DNA of 64,000 bases from Nitrospinaceae bacterium (GCA_965237905.1 OZ250172.1:2112001-2176000), one strand, 5' to 3'; shown: positions 1 to 9,826, counted from the stretch's first letter. Notes: generated by a model not told the origin, from the sequence alone. Numbers and translations: made by a program.

Positions 1-2079
1 GAACTCGCTGTAAATCTGCAGTTGCGAATTCATGTCGCGCGGCAGGCGGATCATTTTGAAAAACTCCCTTTTAATCGGGATGGACACGCCTTGCTGCTTT
101 TTGTGGTGCAGGGTGTTCTGGTAGAAATATTTGAGCTGGGCGATCTGGCTTTGTGACATTTTCATTTTAGTGCCGGCCCGGTCGGCATAGGTGAGCAGGA
201 TCAGCATTTTGAACCGTTCGACATCCTTGTGCACCAGGTCCCAGACCATATCAAAAGTTTCGTCTTCGTCCGGGTCCAACAGCATGAGGTCGTACATCAT
301 CAAGTGCCGTTCCACCAGAAAGGCGATATCGCTGATCATCCGTTTGTTTTTTTCGTAGCCCAACGCGCTCAGAATACGGGGCACTTCCCGCGCTCCGACC
401 AACTCCTCGTTTTCTCCCTCGGATTTAAGCCCCTTGCCGATGTCATGCAGAAGAACCGCCATCTTCATGGTGGTCTTGTCTCTAAGGGAATGATACAGCT
501 CGACCAGAAAGGGATCGGCTTCCGGGTCGGTTTCGAATTTGTTGAGTTCATCAAGCGCCGCCAGGATATGGATATCCGTCGGAAACATGTGGACATAAAT
601 GTCCTGCAACAACCCCGTGAGGTTTTTGAATTCCGGAATGAAGAAGGATTCCAGCAGGCCGAATTCGTGGAGGTAACGAACGGCCTTGGCAAAATATTTA
701 CTCCGGATCATGCTCCGGAAGTATTCCTCGGCTTTTCCCGGTTCCGATCCGTTTTGAAAGATAGGAGTCAACTGGCTGATATTCGCTTCGATGGAGCGGA
801 TGACGGGATACGCAATAAAATAATTTTTCCGCGCTACCAGGACGAACAGGTGGAATATTTCAATCGGAGAGCTCCATTGAAAATTTTCGTGTCCCTCGGC
901 AAAGATGATCTGGTTCTCGGAGTTCAGGACAAAATTCTCGGACAGCTTTTTGATTTTGCCATCCGTCGCGAAGGTGACGGTTTCCCAGAACAGATTGCGG
1001 CAATTTCGTTTCATCGGCAGTACCGCGTTGAAAAAGTATTCCTGAAAAAACTCATTCACCTTTTTTTTGAATCCCATCGATTCGGCCATCTTGTCTCTGA
1101 CTTCGAATCGCATGACATCTTTTTGGGACCCTTTCTGCAAGCAATGGAGAAACATGCGCATGCGTGACAGAAAATTGAGAGCGTTTTGCATGTTCTTGAA
1201 TGCCGGGGTGCTCAATTTCTGTTTGGCATGCAGTTCCGAGAGCAGTTCGAACTGGTTGATTTGTTCAAACGATTCGCGAATGCGGACCAGGCTGGTCGCC
1301 CAGTACAGACGCCGTAATTCTTCCTTGATATTAGGTTCCTGTTGGAACACCGTGTTCTGGATTTCAAAATAGGTTTTGTGCTTGAAGCATTCTTTGAGTA
1401 TTTCTTCATTATGAATCAAGCTGGCAGTTTTGATGGAACTTTTGAATTCGTTGTATACCACCAGATTTCCCACCACGAACCGGTGTTCCAGCAGGGAATG
1501 GAAAGAGGGCAGAAGGATCTCATTGAGGGCTTGGTCCTCCGTATCGATTTCAGAAAATCCGGCACTGCTGGAGGTCGGAAAGATATTCTGATAGACAAAC
1601 AGGTATTCGAAATAATGGATGACCTGGCGTCCGATTTCTTTTTCGGCTTCGGATGCGCCCGACCGCAGGACCATTTGGAGATCGACATCCGAGCTGAAGT
1701 ACATCTCTTCCCGGCCGTAACCTCCGCGAGCGACAATGGCGATGGGAACGTCGTTTTCCTTCAGAGGAGTTTCGCGGTTGCGGTTGAACAGGCCTAACGC
1801 TGTCCGGTAACTGGCAATCAACACCGCGTCCACCAGTGCCGTTCGTTTTAAAAGTAAAAGGTGGCTGTTGTCCGAATGTTCCAGCTCCTTCTTTTGCTGT
1901 GCTGTTTCCTTCTCGACCCAGGGTGTAATTTTCTTTTTAAATTCGAGATAAAACGTTTGCAGTCTATCGTCGTCAAAGGAAGAAAAGGTTTCAAGTTGGG
2001 TCAGCGGGTCGAGGGCGGACTGAATCTGACGGAGATACTTCTGCGCCTGCGTCCGGTTGGATTGGTATAAGTCTGTCAT
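1..2079 (-). CDS. glnD: GlnD-like [protein-PII] uridylyltransferase/uridylyl-removing enzyme (3' end runs off the window)
   Basis: Not in the ORF track because it has no stop in the window. Manual translation from ATG at 2079 gives MTDLYQSNRTQ..., with nucleotidyltransferase motif IAIVARGGYGREEMYFSSDVDL and HD-domain segment MAVLLHDIGKG...LILLTYAD. Confidence 0.8.
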   Translation of the reverse strand, partial: MTDLYQSNRTQAQKYLRQIQSALDPLTQLETFSSFDDDRLQTFYLEFKKKITPWVEKETAQQKKELEHSDNSHLLLLKRTALVDAVLIASYRTALGLFNRNRETPLKENDVPIAIVARGGYGREEMYFSSDVDLQMVLRSGASEAEKEIGRQVIHYFEYLFVYQNIFPTSSSAGFSEIDTEDQALNEILLPSFHSLLEHRFVVGNLVVYNEFKSSIKTASLIHNEEILKECFKHKTYFEIQNTVFQQEPNIKEELRRLYWATSLVRIRESFEQINQFELLSELHAKQKLSTPAFKNMQNALNFLSRMRMFLHCLQKGSQKDVMRFEVRDKMAESMGFKKKVNEFFQEYFFNAVLPMKRNCRNLFWETVTFATDGKIKKLSENFVLNSENQIIFAEGHENFQWSSPIEIFHLFVLVARKNYFIAYPVIRSIEANISQLTPIFQNGSEPGKAEEYFRSMIRSKYFAKAVRYLHEFGLLESFFIPEFKNLTGLLQDIYVHMFPTDIHILAALDELNKFETDPEADPFLVELYHSLRDKTTMKMAVLLHDIGKGLKSEGENEELVGAREVPRILSALGYEKNKRMISDIAFLVERHLMMYDLMLLDPDEDETFDMVWDLVHKDVERFKMLILLTYADRAGTKMKMSQSQIAQLKYFYQNTLHHKKQQGVSIPIKREFFKMIRLPRDMNSQLQIYSEF

Positions 2080-2301
2080 AGCACGTTGTGACTCACGGTT
2101 GTGCCTCTTGCAAAAGAGAGTTTATTCGCTTGGAGTTACAGCCTAACAATTAAAAGAATATATCAAATGATGAGGGTTTTCAACACCACACCACTAAAGA
2201 GGAAGCTTGCGACGAATCAGGAAGTGAACTGGGCAGTGCGGCTGGCGGAATGACTTGCGAGACCTTAGCATAACCCGGCCATCTAAGTTTAAGTCGACCT
2301 C

Positions 2302-2434
2302 AAACACCCCTCTATCCTCATGGGGAGCACCCACAGGGTGACAGGCAGGGTGAGGGGTGGTCTGTTTCATGCCCTTGAAATTGTTTGGTTGTGAAAGCCC
2401 CCTCACCTTAATCCTCTCCCCCTGGGGTGAGGAA
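2302..2434. repeat. Two inverted copies of palindromic repeat module C (CTCCTCTCCCC...GGGGAGAGGATTAAGGTGAGGGG family)
   Basis: 2398-2434 CCCCCTCACCTTAATCCTCTCCCCCTGGGGTGAGGA is the reverse complement of the copies near 29233-29276 and 42226-42268. 2302-2360 is a degenerate forward copy. Confidence 0.75.
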
Positions 2435-2491
2435 ATATCAAGCACGTTATCCTGGCGTTTGAACCGGAGACTTATGCAAAGCTCTGGTGGT

Positions 2492-3511
2492 TTACAAGGT
2501 GCGGTTCATTAATTTGATGAACGGACGGATGTTGTCCATCAGGTGGGCGAATTTGACGGGTTTCAGCGATTGCGGGCCGTCGGAGTAGGCGTTGATGGGG
2601 TCCGGATGGACTTCGATCATCAGTCCGTCGGCGCCCGCGGCAATGGCGGCGCGGGCCATCGGTTCCACCAGGTCCCAGTGTCCGGTACCGTGGCTGGGAT
2701 CGATGACGATCGGCAAATGGGTTTCCTTTTTCAGCACCGGGATACAGCTGAGGTCCAGTGTGTTGCGGGTGGCGGTCTCAAAGGTGCGGATGCCCCGTTC
2801 GCAAAGAATCACATCCTTGTTGCCCTCGGAGAGAATATACTCCGCCGACATGAGAAATTCCTTGATGGTGGTCATCATGCCGCGTTTGAGGAGAATGGGT
2901 TTGGGTATGTTGCCCAATTCCTTGAGCAGGGAAAAGTTTTGCACGTTGCGCGCGCCTACCTGCAGGACATCGGCGTAGCGGGCCACCAGCTCCGCTTCCC
3001 GCGGGTTCATCACTTCGGTGACGATAGGCAGTCCCGTCAAATCCTTCGCCTCTTTCAGCAGTTTGAGGCCGTCTTCCTCCAGCCCCTGGAAACTGTAGGG
3101 CGAGGTCCGGGGTTTGAACGCGCCGCCCCGCAACATGTTGGCGCCGGATTTCTTGACCGCTTCCGCAGTGGTACACAACTGTTCACGGCTTTCCACCGAG
3201 CAGGGTCCTGCCATGATAGCGATTTGTGGCCCACCGACGATTACCCCGCCGCAATTCACCTCGGAGTTGGCGGATTTGATTTCGCGTCCCGCCAGTTTGT
3301 ACGGTTTTAAAATGGGGATGACCGATTCCACGCCGGGCATGGATTCCAGCACCTCCATCAGGTGGTCCTTGCCATGATCCTCACCAACGGCGCCGATCAC
3401 CTGGCGTTCCACACCGACGATTTCGTGGGGGGTGTAATCCAGCTCGATGATTTTGTCTTTGACTGCCTGTTTCTGCTCTTCGGTGGCGTCGGGCCCGATA
3501 ACGATGATCAT
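2492..3511 (-). CDS. aroF: DAHP synthase (3-deoxy-7-phosphoheptulonate synthase), class I-beta with N-terminal regulatory domain
   Basis: Motifs [48 protein letters not shown]. Confidence 0.95.
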   Translation of the reverse strand: MIIVIGPDATEEQKQAVKDKIIELDYTPHEIVGVERQVIGAVGEDHGKDHLMEVLESMPGVESVIPILKPYKLAGREIKSANSEVNCGGVIVGGPQIAIMAGPCSVESREQLCTTAEAVKKSGANMLRGGAFKPRTSPYSFQGLEEDGLKLLKEAKDLTGLPIVTEVMNPREAELVARYADVLQVGARNVQNFSLLKELGNIPKPILLKRGMMTTIKEFLMSAEYILSEGNKDVILCERGIRTFETATRNTLDLSCIPVLKKETHLPIVIDPSHGTGHWDLVEPMARAAIAAGADGLMIEVHPDPINAYSDGPQSLKPVKFAHLMDNIRPFIKLMNRTL

Positions 3512-3575
3512 GTTACAAACCTCAGGTTTCTATAAACTTGCATTGAAGTTATCACGCAGAATCGAACAAAGTCAA

Positions 3576-3596
3576 CCAGCGTGACGCTGGACCCAA
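3576..3596. promoter_or_regulatory. Palindrome CCAGCG-TGA-CGCTGG (copy 1), abutting a minus-strand TTGACT upstream of aroF
   Basis: Near-identical copies at 19241 and 40904; all three are intergenic. Confidence 0.5.
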
Positions 3597-3599
3597 TAG

Positions 3600-3710
3600 G
3601 CCCCTCTTTACAAGAGGGGCTCAAAATCCTGTTCATCCTGCCATCCCGTTATCCTGTCTAAGGTTTGTAAAATCAGCTCCGGCGCTTCGCCGGTCCTCTG
3701 TGGTAAATCC
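3600..3710 (-). repeat. Composite intergenic repeat (modules A + nested hairpin + B + D-like)
   Basis: Reverse complement reads ACCACAGAGG-ACCGGCGAAGCGCCGG-...-AGACAGGATAACGGGATGGCAGGATGAACAGGATT-GCCCCTCTTGTAAAGAGGGGC, matching modules at 29126-29225. Confidence 0.75.
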
Positions 3711-3772
3711 GTCCTTATCTATCGCTGGTTTCCGGCTATTTTCAGGGCTTTCGCGGGCCGGGGATTATTGTT

Positions 3773-3800
3773 TTGACAGGCCGAGCCAAACTATGATAAT
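3773..3800 (+). promoter_or_regulatory. Putative sigma70 promoter of dnaN
   Basis: TTGACA-N16-GATAAT about 50 bp upstream of a GGAGGA RBS and ATG at 3848. Confidence 0.55.
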
Positions 3801-3847
3801 TAAAAGCCCCCGGTACCTTTTCCCGGCCCACCTTTTGCGGAGGAATC

Positions 3848-4957
3848 ATGGAAATCAAGATCGGCAGAGACGACTTTCTGAACGGTATGCACAAGGTTCA
3901 GGGGATCGTTGAGAGTAAAGGAGCCATGCCCATCCTCGCGCATGTCCTGATCAGTACCGAGAAGGATGGCATCGTCATGCAGGCGACCGATCTGGAAATA
4001 GGCATCAAAGGTTTCTATCCCGCCAAAGTGATTTCCAAGGGTTCCATCACCGTCAACGCGCGCAAATTGTTCGACATTCTGCGGGCGTTACCCGATTTGG
4101 AAGTTCACCTGACCCGTGAGGAAAACGACTGGGTGTCTCTGAAATGCGGCAAATCCAAATTCCGGCTTCCCGGTTTGCCCGCCGCAGATTTTCCCAAACT
4201 GCCGGAGTACAGTGAAACCGCCCTCATGGAGTTCAGCGGACCGAAGCTGAAGGAAATGATCCGCAAAACCTATTTTGCCATTTCCCCCGACGAGAGTCGG
4301 CAAGCGCTCAACGGCCTATTGCTGGAACAGGACAAGGATCATGTCAATCTGGTGGGTACCGACGGGCATCGTTTATCGTACATCCGGCGGCCGCTGTTAA
4401 AGTCCAACGCCAAGAGCGACGAGACCAGTTTCCTCCTGCCCAAGAAAGTGCTGACCGAACTTTTGAAGCTGATGGAAAACGACGAGGGCGCCACCTACGC
4501 GTTCTCAGTGAAAGACAATCAACTGGCTTTTATTCACGATCGCGAGGTCATTGTTTCGCGGAAAATCGACGGTAAATTCCCCAATTACCAGCAGGTCATT
4601 CCGACCGACAACAATTTGAAGGTGGCTGTCAACACCCAGGCATTGGTCCAGGCCTTGACACGGGTGGCTCTGCTGGCTGATGAAAAGTCCAAAATGGTTC
4701 GTTTTGAAATTAAGGAAGGCTCGCTGACGCTGGTGTCCGATCACACCGAGTTGGGAGGTGCCCAGGAGGAGGTGGAGATTTCCTATAAAGGGGAAGAGGT
4801 ACGCATTGGCCTCAACGCCAAATACATTCTCGATGTGTTGAGCGTGGTCGAGGAGGATGAGGTCATCCTCAACCTCAAGGACCAGAACTATTCCTGCCTG
4901 TTGACCACCGGCAAGGACAAGGATTACCAGAGTATCGTAATGCCGATGCGGTTATAG
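3848..4957 (+). CDS. dnaN: DNA polymerase III beta sliding clamp
   Basis: 369 aa; motifs ATDLEIG, VGTDGHRL, GKFPNYQQVIP, C-terminal IVMPMRL. Confidence 0.97.
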   Translation: MEIKIGRDDFLNGMHKVQGIVESKGAMPILAHVLISTEKDGIVMQATDLEIGIKGFYPAKVISKGSITVNARKLFDILRALPDLEVHLTREENDWVSLKCGKSKFRLPGLPAADFPKLPEYSETALMEFSGPKLKEMIRKTYFAISPDESRQALNGLLLEQDKDHVNLVGTDGHRLSYIRRPLLKSNAKSDETSFLLPKKVLTELLKLMENDEGATYAFSVKDNQLAFIHDREVIVSRKIDGKFPNYQQVIPTDNNLKVAVNTQALVQALTRVALLADEKSKMVRFEIKEGSLTLVSDHTELGGAQEEVEISYKGEEVRIGLNAKYILDVLSVVEEDEVILNLKDQNYSCLLTTGKDKDYQSIVMPMRL

Positions 4958-6043
4958 ATCGAAGAACTGATCCAGCTTTTTGTCACTGCGCGGCATTTTA
5001 CCTGTCACTCCCTCCCAGATTTCCTTCGTTTCCATACACAGATAAACATTTACATCACCGAAACGGTCTTTCACCATCCGGCGCAGGGTTTCAAATGCCC
5101 GATTGCGGAGCGGCCTGAGGTACCGGAATTTGCCGTCCTCGCCCGGTAATTGTTCCTGGGTGAATAATTGGGTGCCCTCATGGCGTTCCTTAATGACCTT
5201 TTTCAGGTTGGGACGGTAACGGAATCCGCCGATGCTGATCCACTCGATCTGTTCCGGCCGCACGTTTTGGAACATCAGGTCGATCAGGTCGGCATAGGCT
5301 GTTTCCCAGCCGGGAAAGAGGATGACAGGATCGAAATGAAATCCGATGCGGTAGCCCTTGTCCGCACACAACCGGGCGGCGTTCAGCCGTTGTGCGGTGC
5401 CGGGAGTGCCTTTTTCTTCGCGTTCGGCGATTTCCGGTGGGTTGATGGACCAGGAGATGATGATATTGGACGCATCGTTCTGCTCCAGCAGGTTTTCAAC
5501 ACGGTCGGATTTGGTTTTCAACTCCAGAACGGCGTTGCTCCTCTGGTTGAAAAAGGGAATCAGCGTTTCCGAATAGGGGAGGAAATCGTCGAGCGCGAGG
5601 CTATCGGTCAATTCCCCCGTACCCACCCGGAAGGTGTGGTTAGGCTGGGTCGAGAACACTTCATCCAACTCTCCCAGTAGGTCTTCCAGGTTGACGAAGG
5701 CGGTCAGGAGCGGATTGTTCTGCAGGAAGTCCTGGAGGAAACAATACGAGCAATCGTAAACGCAGTTTTTGATAAGATTGACCACATAATAATTGCAACA
5801 CACCATGCCGGGGCTGATACCGGGGCATTTTCTGAGAAACGATCCTTTGAACCGCGAAAGCAAAAGACGCTTTTTCCCCGCGCCGAAAACATCGACCGAG
5901 GATTGCTGCAGTTCATCCATCACCTCCGGCAAGTCCGGCTGGTGGCGGGTGGGCACGTCCGGGAAGTTTTCCAGCACCCGGCGGGTCAAATCATAGTCAC
6001 CCGCGCCCTCCTCGATATAGATGATTTCCGGCTGATAAGTCAT
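4952..6043 (-). CDS. Spore photoproduct lyase (SplB)-family radical SAM protein
   Basis: CxxxCxxC in NCVYDCSYCFLQ, plus GTGELTDSLALD, LELKTKS, GFHFDP and YLCME, typical of the SPL family. Confidence 0.85.
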   Translation of the reverse strand: MTYQPEIIYIEEGAGDYDLTRRVLENFPDVPTRHQPDLPEVMDELQQSSVDVFGAGKKRLLLSRFKGSFLRKCPGISPGMVCCNYYVVNLIKNCVYDCSYCFLQDFLQNNPLLTAFVNLEDLLGELDEVFSTQPNHTFRVGTGELTDSLALDDFLPYSETLIPFFNQRSNAVLELKTKSDRVENLLEQNDASNIIISWSINPPEIAEREEKGTPGTAQRLNAARLCADKGYRIGFHFDPVILFPGWETAYADLIDLMFQNVRPEQIEWISIGGFRYRPNLKKVIKERHEGTQLFTQEQLPGEDGKFRYLRPLRNRAFETLRRMVKDRFGDVNVYLCMETKEIWEGVTGKMPRSDKKLDQFFDL

Positions 6044-6247
6044 ACCTATTTGAAAAAATTGAGGTTATTTGGATCAAGCCTATTGTCAAAGCCTGGCGGT
6101 TCTGCAATAATATACAGGCTTTTAAGGGGTCTGGAAACCATTTACCGACCCGGCTCTCCAAGGCCCAATGAAGAGAGCATCCGCCGCCGCACCACCGGAC
6201 GGGTGAAAACTCCAACCTTCAAATTCTGGATGGATCGCTTAGCCTGC

Positions 6248-7375
6248 ATGCATCGTCCTACGGTTCTCGACAAACAAAACTGGCCGGATAAAAAACCGCG
6301 CCGCAAAAGCCGCATGGGGATGGGCTTGTTCTTACTGCTCATGATCTTCAATGCCGCTTTTATCGCCTTTAGTGTTTCCTCCAGCCAGACCGAGGCCAAC
6401 AACAGTCTGAGTGCTCCTGAGCCGGACGAAGGGCCGACGTTTGTCCCTTTACAGTCCGCCAGGAAAGTTGACGGCGCCCGCGGTTCGGTTGCGGCTTCCA
6501 ATGTTTCTTTCCTACCGTCCGGTGATAAGTTTAAATTGACGGGCGGATACCTGGAGGGAAAAGAGGTGCGAACTCTGCGTCTGACGGTTCAAAGTTCCCT
6601 GACCTTTTCCGTGTGCCGCATCGTTGCAGAGGACCAATGCCGGGCGTTGGCCGCCCGCATCGCCCGCAAGCTATCCTGGTTTCTGGACGTGAACAAGGAT
6701 ATCCGCAAGGGAGACAAGGTGGCTTTGATTTATGAAAACCTGCCCGATGAGTTGGGTCTGAAAATATGGAAAATGGAATATTACAGCGGGTATCTCAAGA
6801 AAAAACTGGGAATGAATTTTTTCAAAACCCCTGAGATGAATTATGGAAGCTATTTCGACCGCCAAGGAAAAGAGATGATTTCCCGCCTGGATTCCCAAAC
6901 CACACCCATCCGCAATTATTCTGAGATTACCGCTCTGCCGGGAGAAATGCGCCACGGACATTTAAGCGGGCATGCTGGAACCGATTTCAAGGCGGAGGTG
7001 GGGACCCTCATCTTTGCAAGTTTTCCAGGTCGGGTGACGCGCACGAACTGGAACACCCGGAAGAACGGGTACTGTATCGAAGTCGACCACCCGGACAAAG
7101 GCGTCAAAACCCTGTACCTGCATTTGGACAAGGTGTTGGTGCGCCCCGGCCAGTGGGTAGGGCAGGGCATCAAAATCGGGCATTCCGGCAATACTGGTCG
7201 GAGTTATGCCCCTCACCTGCATTATGAGATCAAGAGCCGGGATCGAAAGAAAACGGTTTATAATCCCTTCATCTTCAAATATCATAAGAAATATAGCCGA
7301 ACGATATCCAATCAACATCGCAAGGATTTTGAAAAGGCAATCCGCCTTTACGACTCGCTTCTGCAAGCCGGTTAA
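6248..7375 (+). CDS. M23 family metallopeptidase with N-terminal TM anchor (start uncertain)
   Basis: HAGTDF (HxxxD), YLHL and GNTGRSYAPHLHYE motifs; hydrophobic segment near the N-terminus. Confidence 0.85.
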   Translation: MHRPTVLDKQNWPDKKPRRKSRMGMGLFLLLMIFNAAFIAFSVSSSQTEANNSLSAPEPDEGPTFVPLQSARKVDGARGSVAASNVSFLPSGDKFKLTGGYLEGKEVRTLRLTVQSSLTFSVCRIVAEDQCRALAARIARKLSWFLDVNKDIRKGDKVALIYENLPDELGLKIWKMEYYSGYLKKKLGMNFFKTPEMNYGSYFDRQGKEMISRLDSQTTPIRNYSEITALPGEMRHGHLSGHAGTDFKAEVGTLIFASFPGRVTRTNWNTRKNGYCIEVDHPDKGVKTLYLHLDKVLVRPGQWVGQGIKIGHSGNTGRSYAPHLHYEIKSRDRKKTVYNPFIFKYHKKYSRTISNQHRKDFEKAIRLYDSLLQAG

Positions 7376-7477
7376 ATCCGATTCCGGATACATGGCAGAT
7401 GCCGGGCGGGCGTGGGAAATCCTTCTGACAGGGAAAGTGCGCTTTATTTCATGTGGTGGCCAAAAAAAGACAGGTTC

Positions 7478-8173
7478 ATGAAGAAGCCTTTATTCAAAAG
7501 GTGGTGGTTTAAATGGAGCCTCCGGTTCGCCCTGTTGTTTTTGGCAATCACTATCCTGCCGGTACTGTTGTATACCGTGGTCGACCCACCGACCACTCCC
7601 CTGATGTGGATTCGCTGGATGGAGAGCGACTCCGGAAAACATTATCCCCTGTTCACCAAAGGTTGGCGCCCGCTGAATGAAATTTCCCCCCGCCTGGTGC
7701 GTGCGGTGATTTCGTCCGAGGATCAGAAATTTTTCATGCACAATGGTTTCGATTGGGAAGCGGCGGTCAACGCCTTAGAGGTAAATCTAACAACGAAACG
7801 AAAAATCGGCGCCAGCACCATATCCATGCAGACGGCGCGTAACGTCTTTTTATGGCAGAAACGCAATTGGCTTCGGAAAGGGCTGGAAGCTTACTTTACC
7901 TTTCTTATCGAAGCGTTCTGGAGCAAACAACGCATTCTGGAAGTGTATCTGAATGTGATTGAGTGGGGCGACGGTGTGTTTGGTTGTGAGAGCTCCTCAC
8001 AAAAATATTTTCAGCATTCCGCGCGGTGGATTACCAAGGAAGATGCGGCGTGGATGGCCGCCATTCTGCCCAATCCCAGAGCCTGGTCCAAAGTCGGATA
8101 CCAACGCTGGATTGAAAAGCGTCAGGGCCAGATCCTCCTGAGCATGAGAAAAGTGAAGCTACCTGCCATCTAA
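7478..8173 (+). CDS. mtgA: Monofunctional biosynthetic peptidoglycan transglycosylase
   Basis: EDQKFFMHNGFD, GASTISMQTARNVFL, RKGLEA, KQRILEVYLNVIEWG. Confidence 0.93.
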   Translation: MKKPLFKRWWFKWSLRFALLFLAITILPVLLYTVVDPPTTPLMWIRWMESDSGKHYPLFTKGWRPLNEISPRLVRAVISSEDQKFFMHNGFDWEAAVNALEVNLTTKRKIGASTISMQTARNVFLWQKRNWLRKGLEAYFTFLIEAFWSKQRILEVYLNVIEWGDGVFGCESSSQKYFQHSARWITKEDAAWMAAILPNPRAWSKVGYQRWIEKRQGQILLSMRKVKLPAI

Positions 8174-8200
8174 TGGCGAAGTGTTGAGGGGGGGGAGCCA

Positions 8201-9403
8201 TTGAATCCGGGCCACATCAAAATCAAAGTATCCAAGAGTCTTCAGAACAAAATCCGCAAAGGGTTTCCCTGGGTCTACTACTATCAGTTGAACAACCGGA
8301 AAATTTCCGGGAAGGCCGGTGATTTGGGAGTGGTTTACGATTCCGGCAACCGCTTTCTGGCGGTCGGATTGTTCGATCCCTTTTCAGACATTCGTTTGAG
8401 AATTCTGCAAACCCGAAATCCCCGAGAGATCGACGAAACCTTTTTTCGGGAACGGTTGCAACAGGCCATCGAATTGCGGAGTCCTATGAATTCACAGAAA
8501 ACCACTGCGTACCGGATAGTCAATGGCGAAAGCGATGGATTTCCCGGAATGGTGGTGGACCGTTACACCGACACCCTGGTGGTCAAAGTCTATACCTCCG
8601 CCTGGTTTCCTTATCTGAAGATGCTGGTGGGTCTCCTGGAGGAAATGACAGGAGTGGGGCGGATCCTGTTACAATTGAGCCGTCATGTACAACGCGTCAG
8701 CGAAAACGGTTACCAGAACAACCAGGTGTTGTTGGGTCCCGATCTGGAGGGGCCGGTGCGGTTCCGGGAAAACGGTTTGTCATTTGAAGCGGATTTGTTG
8801 CACGGTCAAAAAACGGGGTTCTTCCTTGATCAGAGAGAAAATCGGCAGAAGGTACGCGAGTGGGCGGAAGGGCGGTCGGTGTTGAATGTGTTCAGCTATA
8901 CCGGAGCTTTTTCCGTTTACGCGTTAGCGGGAGGCGCGCGGTCCGTTTTGGAAATCGACATCAATGCCCAGGCTCAAGCGGCGGCGTTGAAAAATTGGGA
9001 ACTGAATTTCGGTTCCGATGGAAATCAAAAGGATCGGTTGCGCCAAGTCAAAGGGGATGCGTTTGAGCAATTGGCTTCGTTGAACCGGCAGGGAGAGCAG
9101 TTTGATCTGGTGATTCTGGATCCGCCGGCTTTTGCCAGTCGCAAACAAAACAAGCCAAATGCCCTGCAGGCGTATCTGCGGCTTGCCAAAGCCGGGACGC
9201 AGTGTACCCGGGAAGGCGGTCTCCTATTGGCGGCTTCCTGCTCTTCACAGGTGCGGGCGGACGAATTTTACCGGGCGGTGGATCTGGGAATCCGGGCGAC
9301 TGGGAGGTCCTATCAAATAATACTGAAAACAGGACATCCTCTGGACCATCCGGTGACCTTCAAAGAGGGGGCCTACCTGAAAGCCATTTATTGTCAATTT
9401 TAG
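8201..9403 (+). CDS. RlmI-like class I SAM-dependent rRNA m5C methyltransferase
   Basis: PUA-like N-terminus; GQKTGFFLDQRENR, VLNVFSYTGAF, LDPPAFA, GAYLKA. Confidence 0.88.
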   Translation: MNPGHIKIKVSKSLQNKIRKGFPWVYYYQLNNRKISGKAGDLGVVYDSGNRFLAVGLFDPFSDIRLRILQTRNPREIDETFFRERLQQAIELRSPMNSQKTTAYRIVNGESDGFPGMVVDRYTDTLVVKVYTSAWFPYLKMLVGLLEEMTGVGRILLQLSRHVQRVSENGYQNNQVLLGPDLEGPVRFRENGLSFEADLLHGQKTGFFLDQRENRQKVREWAEGRSVLNVFSYTGAFSVYALAGGARSVLEIDINAQAQAAALKNWELNFGSDGNQKDRLRQVKGDAFEQLASLNRQGEQFDLVILDPPAFASRKQNKPNALQAYLRLAKAGTQCTREGGLLLAASCSSQVRADEFYRAVDLGIRATGRSYQIILKTGHPLDHPVTFKEGAYLKAIYCQF

Positions 9404-9568
9404 GGGTTTGGGGTACTTGCTAGTCGAGAAGGGGTTTTGAGAAGGGTATTCTGGGTTTCTTCTGGGAAGAGGGTATTGTGGGCGCTGAAACCAGTACCAT
9501 TAAATCCCAATGTTACTACTGAATATAGTGAACAAAAGTTCGAACCGAGAAAAATTCCGCTAATTAAT

Positions 9569-9739
9569 CTACGCTGATTTTTTCTTGGCTTTCCTTCTAC
9601 GTTTTGGTGCTTTTTTCTTTGCTGCTTTCCTTTTAGCTTTACGTTTTGGTGCTTTTTTCTTGGTTGCTTTTTTTGCTGCTTTACGTTTTGGTGCTTTTCT
9701 TTTTGCTTTACGTTTTGGTGCTTTCTTCTTGGTTGCCAT
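9569..9739 (-). CDS. Small histone H1-like (Lys/Ala/Arg-rich) basic protein, 56 aa
   Basis: Manual translation MATKKKAPKRKAKRKAPKRKAAKKATKKKAPKRKAKRKAAKKKAPKRRRKAKKKSA*; AAAGGAG RBS; four KAPKR repeats; below the ORF-track size cutoff. Confidence 0.85.
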   Translation of the reverse strand: MATKKKAPKRKAKRKAPKRKAAKKATKKKAPKRKAKRKAAKKKAPKRRRKAKKKSA

Positions 9740-9798
9740 CAAGAACTCCTTTCGTTGAAAATATTTGGTAAAGTTTCAGCGCCCAAATATTTAAAGTT

Positions 9799-9826
9799 AT
9801 TTTATTCTATACACCACTAATGTCAA
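9799..9826 (-). promoter_or_regulatory. Putative sigma70 promoter of the histone-like gene
   Basis: Minus strand TTGACA-N16-TAAAAT. Confidence 0.55.

Noticed and set aside
2194..2445. 83-aa ORF between glnD and aroF (also 30485-30785 and 3700-3912)
   Set aside because: They read through palindromic repeats or promoter DNA, with no RBS or protein-like features.
5903..6229. N-terminal extension of the M23 peptidase ORF
   Set aside because: Overlaps the divergent SPL gene and promoter region; the real start is probably 6230-6314.
9575..9735. Repeated ACGTTTTGGTGCTTT units as a possible CRISPR or non-coding array
   Set aside because: Spacing is short and in-frame, and is fully explained by the KAPKR-repeat protein on the minus strand; no cas genes.
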